Assembly: GCA_019637855.1 (NCBI GenBank)
Contig: JAHBUX010000008.1
Coordinates: 28,243 to 92,242, forward strand
Direction of reading: 5' to 3'
DNA length: 64,000 bases
Source: Bdellovibrionales bacterium
GTDB lineage: Bacteria > Bdellovibrionota > Bdellovibrionia > Bdellovibrionales > UBA1609
Under the pieces are notes generated by a model, which saw only the letters and a program-made list of their open reading frames with translations, was not told the DNA's origin and did not search any database. Both the position numbers and the translations under genes were made by a program. Shown here piece after piece: positions 1 through 9,098 of the stretch. Within the stretch, counting starts at the first letter, position 1. The number at the start of each line of letters is the position of its first letter.

Positions 1-348
1 ACGGCCCTCAAAAATGTAACGTTCAATGAGCCGTTCTTCCCCGGACATTTTCCCGAAATGCCCATCATGCCTGGCGTTCTTCAAATCGAAGCGCTGGCCC
101 AGGCCGCTTGCTTGGCCTACCTCCGCAAGGGAGATCCGGAATTCGATTTTTTCATCGCTGCCGTCCAAGAAGCGAAATTTCGCCGACCGGTGGTGCCTGG
201 CGATCAATTGATGCTGCATGTGGAGATCGTCAAAGACCGCGGTTCCATGCTGCAGGTGAACGCGGAAGCGCGCGTGGATGGCCAGACCGCCGCCGAATGC
301 ATGATTTTGGCAAAAGTTTTTCCGAAGACGAAACGGGACCAAGCATGA
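1..348 (+). CDS. fabZ: 3-hydroxyacyl-ACP dehydratase FabZ (5' end lies outside the window)
   Basis: Frame 1 is open from nt 1 and reads ...NEPFFPGHFPEMPIMPGVLQIEALAQ, the FabZ His/Glu hot-dog motif. Its stop overlaps the next start in ATGA (345-348). fabZ-lpxA synteny. Confidence 0.9.
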   Translation, partial: TALKNVTFNEPFFPGHFPEMPIMPGVLQIEALAQAACLAYLRKGDPEFDFFIAAVQEAKFRRPVVPGDQLMLHVEIVKDRGSMLQVNAEARVDGQTAAECMILAKVFPKTKRDQA

Positions 349-1136
349 AATCCGTAGAGATCCATCCTACCGCCGTGATCGACAAGCGTGTCGAACTCGG
401 CCAAGGCGTTAGTGTCGGTCCATTCTCCGTGCTCAAGGGCAAGGTGATGGTCGGCGACGGCACCAAGATTGAAAGCCATGTGGTGGTGGGCTCAGAGTAC
501 GGCGTCACCGTGCTGGGCAAGAACAATCACATCTACCCCGGCGCCATGGTGGGTGGACCGCCTCAAGATTTGAAATTCAAAAACGAAGAGACCCGTCTTG
601 AAATCGGTGATGGCAACATGATCCGGGAGTTCGTGACCATCAACGTGGGTACGGTCACTGGTCACGGAGTCACTCGCATCGGTGACAACAATTTGCTGAT
701 GGCCTATGTGCATATCGCCCACGATTGCCGTTTGGGCAGCAATATCGCTATCGCCAACACCAGTCAGTTTGCTGGTCATGTAACGGTAGAAGACAATGTG
801 CGTATTGGTGGGGTTTGTTCATTCAGTCAGTTTATCACTATCGGCAAATACGCTTTTATCGCCGGTGACAGTGCGGTGAACAAAGACATTATGCCGTTCA
901 CGATGGCCCAGGGAAAATATGCGGTCTCGCGCGCGCCCAATTCGGTCGGCTTAGAGCGAGCGGGCTTTCCCAAAGAGGAAGTGGACAACGTGTGGCGCGC
1001 CATTCGTATCCTCACCAAGGGCGGTCGCACGATCGCGGAAGCCTTGGACGATATCGCCAAAGAATGTGCTCCCAGCGAGAACATCCAGTACCTGACCTCC
1101 TTTATTAAAAAATCCGAAAGAGGCATTGCACGATGA
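345..1136 (+). CDS. lpxA: UDP-N-acetylglucosamine O-acyltransferase LpxA
   Basis: MKSVEIHPTAVIDKRVELGQGVSVGPF... is a left-handed beta-helix hexapeptide-repeat protein of LpxA length (263 aa). I chose the internal ATG at 345 because the 79-aa upstream extension of ORF 108..1136 is Arg-rich and overlaps fabZ. Confidence 0.9.
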   Translation: MKSVEIHPTAVIDKRVELGQGVSVGPFSVLKGKVMVGDGTKIESHVVVGSEYGVTVLGKNNHIYPGAMVGGPPQDLKFKNEETRLEIGDGNMIREFVTINVGTVTGHGVTRIGDNNLLMAYVHIAHDCRLGSNIAIANTSQFAGHVTVEDNVRIGGVCSFSQFITIGKYAFIAGDSAVNKDIMPFTMAQGKYAVSRAPNSVGLERAGFPKEEVDNVWRAIRILTKGGRTIAEALDDIAKECAPSENIQYLTSFIKKSERGIAR

Positions 1137-2074
1137 AACTGCGTACGGCCGTGATCGGTGTTGGCCATCTGGGCCGCTGGCACGCTCAAAAACATAAGAT
1201 GCTGCAAGAGGTAGAGCTGATCGGCGTATGCGACACGTTTCGTGAGCAGGCCGATAAGATCAGTCGCGAACTCGGTGTGCCCGCGTTCAACGATCCCAAG
1301 GACGTGATCAAAGCTGGTGTGGATGCGGTGACCATCGCCGCCAGCACTCCGGCTCATTACGATTTGGTAAAGTTGTTTTTGGAAAAAGGCGTACACGTGA
1401 TGGTTGAAAAACCCATCGCTTCAACCACCGCGCAAGCGGAAGAGCTTTGTGCGCTCGCCGAAAAACGTGATCTCAAATTCCAGGTCGGTCACGTCGAACG
1501 CTTCAACCCGGCCTTCCAGGCGGCGCGCGAGAAGATCACCAAGCCGTTGTTTATCGAATGCCACCGTCTTGCTCCCTTCAAAGTGCGCAGCACGGAGACC
1601 GACGTCGTTTTGGACCTGATGATTCACGACCTTGACGTGGTGTTGTCTCTGGTGCAAAGCGAGCCCACGGTGGTTTCGGCCGTAGGTTCTCCGGTATTGA
1701 CTAAAAAAGTCGATATTGCCAACGCCCGTATCGAGTTTGCTTCCGGTGCAGTCGCGAACTTGACGGCCTCGCGGGTGTCGCAAAACACGCAGCGCAAATT
1801 CCGCATCTTTCAACCCGATCAGTATGTGTCGATCGATTTCCAAGCCGGTGAGGTCAATGTGTTGACCAAGACGGGTGAGTGGACCGAAGGCGATATTCCC
1901 TTGGACCATCAAACTCACAGCATGGAGAAGGGCGATGCTTTGCTTGGTGAAACGCGCTCCTTCATCGAGTCCATTCGCGATGGTCATCCCGTGCAAGTCA
2001 GTGGCCGTGACGGCCTGAGGGCGCTGGACCTGGCGGAAAGGATCCTGAAAGATGCCCTCCGCCGAATCTCGTAA
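1133..2074 (+). CDS. Gfo/Idh/MocA-family NAD(P)-dependent oxidoreductase (GnnA-like position between lpxA and lpxB)
   Basis: N-terminal Rossmann motif VIGVGHLGRWH and an EKP motif (MVEKPIAS). ATGA overlap with lpxA. The gene sits inside the lpx cluster. Confidence 0.75.
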   Translation: MKLRTAVIGVGHLGRWHAQKHKMLQEVELIGVCDTFREQADKISRELGVPAFNDPKDVIKAGVDAVTIAASTPAHYDLVKLFLEKGVHVMVEKPIASTTAQAEELCALAEKRDLKFQVGHVERFNPAFQAAREKITKPLFIECHRLAPFKVRSTETDVVLDLMIHDLDVVLSLVQSEPTVVSAVGSPVLTKKVDIANARIEFASGAVANLTASRVSQNTQRKFRIFQPDQYVSIDFQAGEVNVLTKTGEWTEGDIPLDHQTHSMEKGDALLGETRSFIESIRDGHPVQVSGRDGLRALDLAERILKDALRRIS

Positions 2075-3212
2075 AGTCCTTATCATCGCTGCGGAAGCGT
2101 CGAGCTGCCTGTATGCTCAACGTCTTTTGCAGCATTGGAAGAAACATAATATTTCCATTGAGGCTTTCGGTATAGGCGACCAAGCCATGGCCGACGAAGG
2201 CTTTGAGTGTTTGGCTCGCGCCGAGGATATGGCGGTCGTCGGTTTTCAAGAAGTCATCGCTCATTGGGATGTGATCAAGCGTGCCTTTCACGCTTGCGTG
2301 CAGGCCGCTGAAGTGCGCAAACCGCAAGTCGTGTTGTTACTGGATTATCCCGGTTTCAATCTGCGTTTTGCGGCCAAGATGAAGGCTCTTGATCTGCCCG
2401 TCGTGTACTATATCTCGCCACAAGTATGGGCGTGGAAGCAGGGCCGCGTGAAAACCATCCGTAAAGTGGTCGATAAAATGCTGGTGGTGTTTCCCTTCGA
2501 AGTGGACTTCTACCGTCAGCACGATATGCAGGTGCAGTTCGTCGGCCACCCGTTGCTTGATGAACTTAACCCGAAGCACTTCGACGAAAAAGCACGGGAT
2601 GCGCATCGCGCGAAGTACGGTTTAACTCCCGACGATGTGCTGCTGGCCTTGATGCCAGGGTCGCGCAAATCCGAACTGAAGCATCATTTGCAGACGCAAC
2701 TCGAGACTGCGCGTAAATTGTTGGCAAAACATCCGCATTTAAAAGTGGCCATGTTCGTGGCCCCGAATTTTTCCAAAGAGGAAATGCAGGGCTTGCTCAC
2801 GGGTCTGGATTTCCCTTTGATGTTGATTAAGGACGAACCTTTCTCCATGATTGATTTAGCGGACGTGGTCCTGTGTGCTTCGGGAACGGCGACGCTCATG
2901 GTGGGATTGCTCGAAAAGCCGATGGTGGTCATGTACAGAATGAACGCCATCACGGCTTGGCTCGCCAGGATGTTCGTCACTGCCACTAAGCACTTTGGTT
3001 TAATCAATCTGGTTCTCGACGAGCGCGTGGTGCCCGAGCTGTTCCAAGAGCAGGCCGGCCCGGAGGGTCTTATCGCTGAATTGGAACCGCTCATCGTCAA
3101 TCGCGAACGGCGCAAGATGGTGAAAGAGCGCTTAAAGCCCGCGAAGAATCGTTTAGGTTCTAGCGGCGCCACCGAACGTGTGGCTGCGGCGTTAGAGAAC
3201 TATTGGATTTAA
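2052..3212 (+). CDS. lpxB: lipid-A-disaccharide synthase LpxB
   Basis: 386 aa. The N-terminus KVLIIAAEASSCLYAQRLL, the YISPQVWAWKQGR motif and the overall length are typical of LpxB. Position between lpxA and lpxK. Confidence 0.9.
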   Translation: MPSAESRKVLIIAAEASSCLYAQRLLQHWKKHNISIEAFGIGDQAMADEGFECLARAEDMAVVGFQEVIAHWDVIKRAFHACVQAAEVRKPQVVLLLDYPGFNLRFAAKMKALDLPVVYYISPQVWAWKQGRVKTIRKVVDKMLVVFPFEVDFYRQHDMQVQFVGHPLLDELNPKHFDEKARDAHRAKYGLTPDDVLLALMPGSRKSELKHHLQTQLETARKLLAKHPHLKVAMFVAPNFSKEEMQGLLTGLDFPLMLIKDEPFSMIDLADVVLCASGTATLMVGLLEKPMVVMYRMNAITAWLARMFVTATKHFGLINLVLDERVVPELFQEQAGPEGLIAELEPLIVNRERRKMVKERLKPAKNRLGSSGATERVAAALENYWI

Positions 3213-3227
3213 GGGAGCGGTCACGAC

Positions 3228-4253
3228 TTGAGAGAGGTTTTGTTCCCCGCACGCTGGCTCTATCAAAGCGTCACGGGTTTTCGTAATCTGATGTTCGACT
3301 GGCGAGTGATCAAAGCGCAAAAGGTCGATGCCAAGGTCATTTCTGTTGGTAATCTCACCATGGGTGGGACCGGAAAAACGCCGATCACTTTGGCGATCCT
3401 GGAGGAGCTCAGAAAGCGCAGCCTCAAAGCCGGCGTCGTCAGTCGCGGGTACAAACGTGAACAAAAAGGGGTCCTGGAAGTCGATGTCAGCAGTCGAACA
3501 GCGGCGCAGATTTTCGGTGACGAACCGGCGCTGATCAAGAGCACATTTCCCGATATTCCCGTGTTAGTGGGCGAGCGTCGTGTGGCGGCCGCACAGTCTT
3601 TATTGAACGCCAACAAAGTGGATTTTATCGTGTGCGACGATGCCTTTCAGCATCGCCGTTTGCACCGTGATCTTAATATCCTCTTACTGGATGCAACTGA
3701 GCCGCAGAGAAACTATCGCGTTTTACCGGTGGGGCGCGCGCGCGAGTCCATGCAGCCGGCCTTCAAGCGTGCCGATTTGATCGTTGTGACAAAGACCAAT
3801 CTTATTGATGCCGAGGAACTGAAGCGTCTCACCGACTGGTTGGAGAGCAAAACCAAGAAGCCCATCGTGCACGCCGAATACGAATTCAAGGGCTTTCGCC
3901 AAATCCAAACGGGCAAGATCGAAAAAGAACTCAAAGACAACGCCTATCTGGTATCCGGTATCGCCAAGCCTCAAGCGTTGGAAAAAACGCTCGAGGGCAA
4001 GGTTAAAGTCGTCAAACACCGCAGCTTTCCCGACCACCACCGCTACACTAGCCTTGAAGTCGAAGAGATCATGGATGAAAGCTCACAGCTTGCGGCCCGT
4101 TGGATCTTGACCACGGCCAAAGACAGCATGAAATTGGCTGCATTCCCACGCTTGCGTGAATGGCTGTGGGTCAGCGAACTGGGCATCCGGTTCAAAGGCG
4201 ATGTGAACGCGTTCTATGAAGCAATTGATCGGTTGGCCCGGGAGGGCCGCTAG
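3228..4253 (+). CDS. lpxK: tetraacyldisaccharide 4'-kinase LpxK
   Basis: P-loop VGNLTMGGTGKTP in the position typical of LpxK. 341 aa. TTG start. lpx synteny. Confidence 0.85.
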   Translation: MREVLFPARWLYQSVTGFRNLMFDWRVIKAQKVDAKVISVGNLTMGGTGKTPITLAILEELRKRSLKAGVVSRGYKREQKGVLEVDVSSRTAAQIFGDEPALIKSTFPDIPVLVGERRVAAAQSLLNANKVDFIVCDDAFQHRRLHRDLNILLLDATEPQRNYRVLPVGRARESMQPAFKRADLIVVTKTNLIDAEELKRLTDWLESKTKKPIVHAEYEFKGFRQIQTGKIEKELKDNAYLVSGIAKPQALEKTLEGKVKVVKHRSFPDHHRYTSLEVEEIMDESSQLAARWILTTAKDSMKLAAFPRLREWLWVSELGIRFKGDVNAFYEAIDRLAREGR

Positions 4254-5076
4254 CTATCTTCTCTACCACAGCCCGGCTTTTATCCGCCGCGGCCTTGGGC
4301 TTTTTTTAGCCTTCTTGTGGTTTGATCTGTTGCGCATTCGTCGCAAAGTCGTCACTGACAACATCGCCATCGCCTTTCCGGAGATGACTTTAAGTGAACG
4401 CACGGCGCTTGGTCGCCGCTCTCTTCGCCATTTGGGCATTAACTTTGTCGAGTACAGCTTTCTGCCTTGGCTTAAGCGCGAGAATATCGACCAGCACTTC
4501 GACTTCCTGAACGCGGAACTTTTCGAGCGGGCATTGGCTCAGGGGCGCGGTGTACTTTTGCTCACTCTGCACTTGGGCAATGGAGATTTGGCCTGCTCAG
4601 CTCTGTCGGTGCGTGGCTATCCAATGGTGATGGTGTCGAAGTACTTCACTTTCAAGTGGCTCAACGACCTGTGGTTTGGAATGCGGGAGCGTCTGGGCAC
4701 CAAGTTCGTACCTCCGCGCAACAGTTCCTACGCTTTGCTTAAAGCCCTTAAGACCAAGCAAGCGGTGGTGATTCCTTTGGATCAGTTCACCGGCCCACCG
4801 ATTGGGGTCAAAAGCACGTTTTTCGGGGTTGAGACGGGTACCGCGGCGGGTTTGGCCGTGATGGCTGAGCGTTCAAAAGCGACAGTGATTTCGGTCTATT
4901 CGTGGCGTCAACCGAACGGACGCCATGCCATCCAGTTCGTACGCGAAATCCCGGCGGGCGATGCAACGCCTGAGTTGGTGACGCAGAGATTTAATGACGA
5001 ACTCGAATCTTTTGTTCGATTGCATCCCGATCAATGGATGTGGATCCATAAACGCTGGAAAAAGTTTAAGTATTAG
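4216..5076 (+). CDS. lipid A biosynthesis (LpxL/HtrB-family) late acyltransferase
   Basis: The H(x)4D acyltransferase motif is present (LHLGNGD). The C-terminus HPDQWMWIHKRWK is typical of the lauroyl/myristoyl acyltransferase family. The start is uncertain because the ORF overlaps lpxK by 38 nt. Confidence 0.75.
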   Translation: MKQLIGWPGRAASYLLYHSPAFIRRGLGLFLAFLWFDLLRIRRKVVTDNIAIAFPEMTLSERTALGRRSLRHLGINFVEYSFLPWLKRENIDQHFDFLNAELFERALAQGRGVLLLTLHLGNGDLACSALSVRGYPMVMVSKYFTFKWLNDLWFGMRERLGTKFVPPRNSSYALLKALKTKQAVVIPLDQFTGPPIGVKSTFFGVETGTAAGLAVMAERSKATVISVYSWRQPNGRHAIQFVREIPAGDATPELVTQRFNDELESFVRLHPDQWMWIHKRWKKFKY

Positions 5077-5099
5077 AATGACGGTGGTACGATAGCTGC

Positions 5100-6164
5100 A
5101 TGATTGCCGTGCGTATGATCCGACGCTCTTGCCTCATTGTGTGCGTTCTTCTTAGTGGTTGTGCCGGCCATGTCCTGCAGCATGACAAGGCCGATAAGGT
5201 CTTAAAGGTCGATGAGTACGACCAAAAAGTGGACGTCAAAGAAGAAGAGCCCAGCTCTACGGCGACAGCCGCGGCTGATCCCGAGACAACGAAAAGCGAA
5301 CCGACAACCGGCAAAGAATCTGCTAAAAATGGCAGCAAGGATAAGCAAAAGAAAACCGGTAAGGGTAAGGCCGCTTTGGAAAAAGAAAAAGTAAAGCCGA
5401 AAGGTCCACGTCAGCCCGAGATTGAAGACACAGTTGGGTTTGATGGTCGTCGCCCGCTGGTGGATCCGTTTCGCGTGGGCGAGAAGGTGACGCTCAATCT
5501 TTCTTATTTCAATATCGTGGCCGGCACCATGGATATTGAAGTGAAGCCATTTGCTAAGGTGAACGGTCAAAAGGCCTATCATTTTGAAGTCGCCGCCAAA
5601 TCCAATTCATTTTTCAATCGCATATACGCGGTCGACGACAAAGCCACCACCTATATGTCTTACGACGAGATGGTGCCGTTCAATCTGGTGATCTCGATCA
5701 AAGAATCCAAACAGTTGGCGGAGACGCGCACGCTGTTTGATCTTAAGAACAACACGGCCAATTACTGGAAAAAGCGCATCACTTCGGACGACAAAGAAGA
5801 GAGCAAAAAGCTCGAGTGGAAGATCGCAGCTTATTCGCAAAACGTAATTAGTGCCGCTTACTATCTGCGTACCTTCAAAATGGAACCGGGGAAGAAGTTG
5901 GCGTTCCGCGTGGCTGATGAGGGGAAGAACATCGTGTTCACCGGTGAGGTGATTAAGCGTGAAGTTTTGAATACCGACATCGGCAAGCTCAACACAGTGT
6001 TGATTGTTCCGCAGCTCACGGTCGATGGTGTGTTCACTCCCGTTGGTGAGATCAAAATGTGGCTGACCGATGATGATCGTAAGTTCATCGTGCGTATGGA
6101 ATCGAAGATCAAGATCGGGACAGTGGTGGCCAAACTGAAGTCCATCGAGAAAGGCGCCGAGTAG
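5100..6164 (+). CDS. lipoprotein with Lys/Glu-rich linker and DUF3108-like beta-rich domain
   Basis: Lipobox LLSGC, then a low-complexity K/E/T segment. The C-terminal part resembles DUF3108 proteins; this call is from memory and needs an HMM check. Confidence 0.5.
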   Translation: MIAVRMIRRSCLIVCVLLSGCAGHVLQHDKADKVLKVDEYDQKVDVKEEEPSSTATAAADPETTKSEPTTGKESAKNGSKDKQKKTGKGKAALEKEKVKPKGPRQPEIEDTVGFDGRRPLVDPFRVGEKVTLNLSYFNIVAGTMDIEVKPFAKVNGQKAYHFEVAAKSNSFFNRIYAVDDKATTYMSYDEMVPFNLVISIKESKQLAETRTLFDLKNNTANYWKKRITSDDKEESKKLEWKIAAYSQNVISAAYYLRTFKMEPGKKLAFRVADEGKNIVFTGEVIKREVLNTDIGKLNTVLIVPQLTVDGVFTPVGEIKMWLTDDDRKFIVRMESKIKIGTVVAKLKSIEKGAE

Positions 6165-6253
6165 TCACTCGACGCGACCTAAGTCATTAGCGAAAAGTCG
6201 CGATAAGGGCTGAGCCAGCAGAAGCGCGCCCAAGCAAGCCGTATACTGAATGC

Positions 6254-7423
6254 ATGCCAGAAACCTCATGCAAGCATTTCAACGGCTACAAACCGTGCGG
6301 CCGCGGTCATGAATGTCAACGCACGCGCTGCGCTTCATTTGCCAGCGTTCAGCATCACATCTTGATCGTGCACTTGGAAGCTCTGGGCGCCGTCTTACGT
6401 AGTACATCTTTGCTTGCAGCCGTGCACCGTCAGTTTCCGCGTGCTCATGTGACCTGGGTGACGAAAGCTCCGGCTCAACATCTGTTGGCGGGTGTACCGG
6501 GCATTGATCGTGTACTGACGATCGGCGCTGAGGATCTTTTGGCTCTATCGGCATTGTCATTCGATGTGGCGCTTGTCATCGACAAGTCCCTGGTGGCGGC
6601 CGGTGTGCTGGCGCAAACCCAAGTGGGTGAGGTGCGCGGTTTCCGTACCGACCGCTCCACCGGCGCCATCGTACCGGCCAACTCCGAAGCTCATGAGCTC
6701 TGGCACCTAGGCCTGTCAGACCAAAAGAAATTCTTCGAAAACAAAAAAACCGAGCAGCATTTGGTGCATGAAGCCCTCGCTCTTGGCGCATATGCGCGCG
6801 ACGAATACGTCGTCGAACTGAATCCATATGAGCGCGAAACCAGTGTTCGCCGGCGTGAGCAGTGGGCTCCGTTTGGAACGTATATTCTCGGCATCAACAC
6901 CGGTTGCAGCCCCACCTTGCCGGCGAAAAAACTATCGGTGGAAGGCACTCGCCTGCTAATTCACAAGATTCTGGCTGACGATCGCTTCCAAGATTGTCGC
7001 ATCGTTTTGCTCGGTGGTCCCGAGGACAGCGAACGCAACACGAAAATCGCCCAGGGCCTTCCGGTGGTGGAGTCGCCGACCGACAAGGGCCTGCGCGATG
7101 GTTTGGCGAGCATGGCGGCCTGCGATCTTGTGTTCAGTGGTGATTCACTCGGTATGCACATGGCCATAGGCTTGCGTAAGTGGGTGGTGGCTTGGTTCGG
7201 CCCCAGCTGCGAGCAGGAGATTGATTTGTACGATCGCGGTGTCAAAATCCTCACTTCGGCGCCCTGTTCGCCATGCTGGAAGAGGGATTGTCAGAAATCT
7301 CTAATGTGCTACGATCAGGTCGATTTCGATCAAACGATCAGCGCTCTGGCGCAAGGTAGGACGTGGCTCACCTCGTATTCCAAACCGCATTCCCTGGAGA
7401 CGTTTTTCTCTCCATCCCCCTGA
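6254..7423 (+). CDS. glycosyltransferase family 9 (heptosyltransferase-like), Cys-rich termini
   Basis: GT9-like core (GINTGCSPTLPAKK, VFSGDSLGMHMA). Cys clusters lie at both the N- and C-termini. Adjacent to a second GT9 gene. Confidence 0.7.
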   Translation: MPETSCKHFNGYKPCGRGHECQRTRCASFASVQHHILIVHLEALGAVLRSTSLLAAVHRQFPRAHVTWVTKAPAQHLLAGVPGIDRVLTIGAEDLLALSALSFDVALVIDKSLVAAGVLAQTQVGEVRGFRTDRSTGAIVPANSEAHELWHLGLSDQKKFFENKKTEQHLVHEALALGAYARDEYVVELNPYERETSVRRREQWAPFGTYILGINTGCSPTLPAKKLSVEGTRLLIHKILADDRFQDCRIVLLGGPEDSERNTKIAQGLPVVESPTDKGLRDGLASMAACDLVFSGDSLGMHMAIGLRKWVVAWFGPSCEQEIDLYDRGVKILTSAPCSPCWKRDCQKSLMCYDQVDFDQTISALAQGRTWLTSYSKPHSLETFFSPSP

Positions 7424-8409
7424 TCAAGCGTTTGCGCGCCTTTGATCCGGGGACGCCCATTGTGTTGGCCTGTCGTCCCGGTTTGGGCGATTTCTTTTTA
7501 TTGAATGGTTTGGTCGATGAGGTCATCGCCATAGACAAGCGCAGTCGTACGGGCCGCGCGCAGGCCAGACAGCGCTTGCAGCGCGAAGAATGGGATTTGG
7601 TTCTTGTCCCGCATTCGAGTGTGCGTACGGCTTTATGGATGTGGGGTGTGCGTGCCCGTCGTGGCCGTGTCTCTTTTAGAAAGTGGTGGAACGCGCCGTT
7701 CTTTGATAAGCGCGTGGTGCGCCCTGATCACTTACCAGATGCGCTCAGGCAGATGAGTCTACTGGCTCCCATCGACAATCGTGTGGCCGAGTGGTTCGCT
7801 ACTCCCGAGGTTCACGATCTCGCCAACCCGATCGCCCAGCAATCACTCTCTTTGCGACAGCCGTTGATTCCCGATTGGGCTTCGATGGAGCTTGGTTACG
7901 GTGGGCCTATGGCGGAAAATGACCGCACGGTCTTTTTAGCGCCGGGCAGTGTGTGGGCCACTAAACGCTGGACACCGGAGGGCTTCGAAGATCTGGCGCG
8001 CATTCTTTTAGAGCGCGGTTACGAAGTGGAATTGGTAGGTAGCCAGGGTGAAAAAGCGCTGTGCGACCAAATCGCATCGCATGTGAAGGGCGTGAAGAAC
8101 TCCGCCGGGCAAACCTCACTGACCCAGTTGGTAAGCCGATTTTCTGCCGGCAAAGCTTTGGTGTGCAACGATAGCGGTGCGATGCATGCTGCCGCCGCTG
8201 CCGGTCTTCCGACCGTGGCGGTGTTTGGTCCTACCACTCTTGATTTGGGATTTCGTCCTTGGAACAACCATGCGGTAGTGGTGCAAAAGGAGCTGAAATG
8301 CCGACCGTGCGGTAAACATGGTCCGCAGAAATGTCCCTTGGGCACCCATGAATGCATGCAAAGCATCTCAGCCAAAGAGGTTTACGCCGCTTTGGAACCT
8401 CTGCTTTAA
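7363..8409 (+). CDS. glycosyltransferase family 9, WaaF/RfaF-like LPS heptosyltransferase
   Basis: Motifs FLAPGSVWATKRW, CNDSGAMHAAAAAGLPTVAVFGPT and C-terminal CRPCGKHGPQKC. GTG start at 7363 preceded by AGGTAGGA. Overlaps the previous gene by 61 nt. Confidence 0.8.
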   Translation: MAHLVFQTAFPGDVFLSIPLIKRLRAFDPGTPIVLACRPGLGDFFLLNGLVDEVIAIDKRSRTGRAQARQRLQREEWDLVLVPHSSVRTALWMWGVRARRGRVSFRKWWNAPFFDKRVVRPDHLPDALRQMSLLAPIDNRVAEWFATPEVHDLANPIAQQSLSLRQPLIPDWASMELGYGGPMAENDRTVFLAPGSVWATKRWTPEGFEDLARILLERGYEVELVGSQGEKALCDQIASHVKGVKNSAGQTSLTQLVSRFSAGKALVCNDSGAMHAAAAAGLPTVAVFGPTTLDLGFRPWNNHAVVVQKELKCRPCGKHGPQKCPLGTHECMQSISAKEVYAALEPLL

Positions 8410-8443
8410 ACTCTAATATCCAATGATTTTGCAGTTATTTATG

Positions 8444-8626
8444 TCAGCCATGCGAGCTCACAGTGATCGAACTCCAGTTTTGTGCGTCGAGAACTTTAAA
8501 AACAACGCGCCCGTTGTAGGATCCGCCGAGAGGCCCATTGCCTTGTGAGCTCAGCTCTTCATCGTTTTGTGAGAATTTATTTTTGCCGCAATTTTGAAAC
8601 GAAAGAAGCAGCGAACTCGCAATCAA
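8444..8626 (-). CDS. small putative lipoprotein (about 60 aa)
   Basis: TTG or CTG start. The hydrophobic N-terminus ends in SFQNCG (lipobox-like). It lies 28 nt downstream of the hot-dog gene pair on the same strand. No family recognised. Confidence 0.3.
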   Translation of the reverse strand: MIASSLLLSFQNCGKNKFSQNDEELSSQGNGPLGGSYNGRVVFKVLDAQNWSSITVSSHG

Positions 8627-8654
8627 AGCGGCGATCAGACGAGAGCGGCAGTTC

Positions 8655-9098
8655 TTATTGTGAAAAGGTGCGCATCTGCGCCTCGGCCAAAATCACATTC
8701 CCCAGCTTTACAATGCCGCGAAATGAGGTGATCGGGCCCATCGCTCGAATGCCGCTAATGTTGCATACTAGAGTGTCGCCACCTTTTACTCGCCGCAAAA
8801 CCTCCGGGGAGGCAAGCTTTACGTCTTTAAAAGCTGCAAGCATGGCCACGCTCATGCCTTTGGAAGTGGGGTCCACATTACGAGTGACCTGGCAGATCCA
8901 CATAAAACCATACGTCTGAGCGATAAACTCAATGAGCGATGAGGAGCGCAAGCCTTCCGGGCTCATGTACAGTGCATTTTCCTTAACATCGATTAGGCAT
9001 TCGCCGGCCGTCGGGCCATAGGCGGTGACCCAATCGATCCACACCATCGGCGGACGATGCGGAATATACTGTTGAATTTCTGCCGCGGAGATTTTCAT
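8655..9098 (-). CDS. FabA/FabZ-like hot-dog fold protein lacking the catalytic His
   Basis: The N-terminal IPHRPPMVWIDWV matches the FabZ LPHRYPFLLVD motif, and the central helix LIEFIAQT keeps the Glu. The GHFP His motif is replaced by SPEG. Confidence 0.7.
   Translation of the reverse strand: MKISAAEIQQYIPHRPPMVWIDWVTAYGPTAGECLIDVKENALYMSPEGLRSSSLIEFIAQTYGFMWICQVTRNVDPTSKGMSVAMLAAFKDVKLASPEVLRRVKGGDTLVCNISGIRAMGPITSFRGIVKLGNVILAEAQMRTFSQ

Noticed and set aside
108-344. Long N-terminal extensions offered by the ORF track. Examples: 108.. for lpxA, 9353.. for the GT2 fusion, 14466.. for ribF, ..25597 for egtD, ..35308 for the 671-aa protein, 48396.. for kdpB and ..55775 for korB.
   Set aside because: Each extension is Arg-rich and overlaps the neighbouring gene. 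Each is also followed by an internal ATG that restores the family-typical N-terminus or an ATGA coupling.
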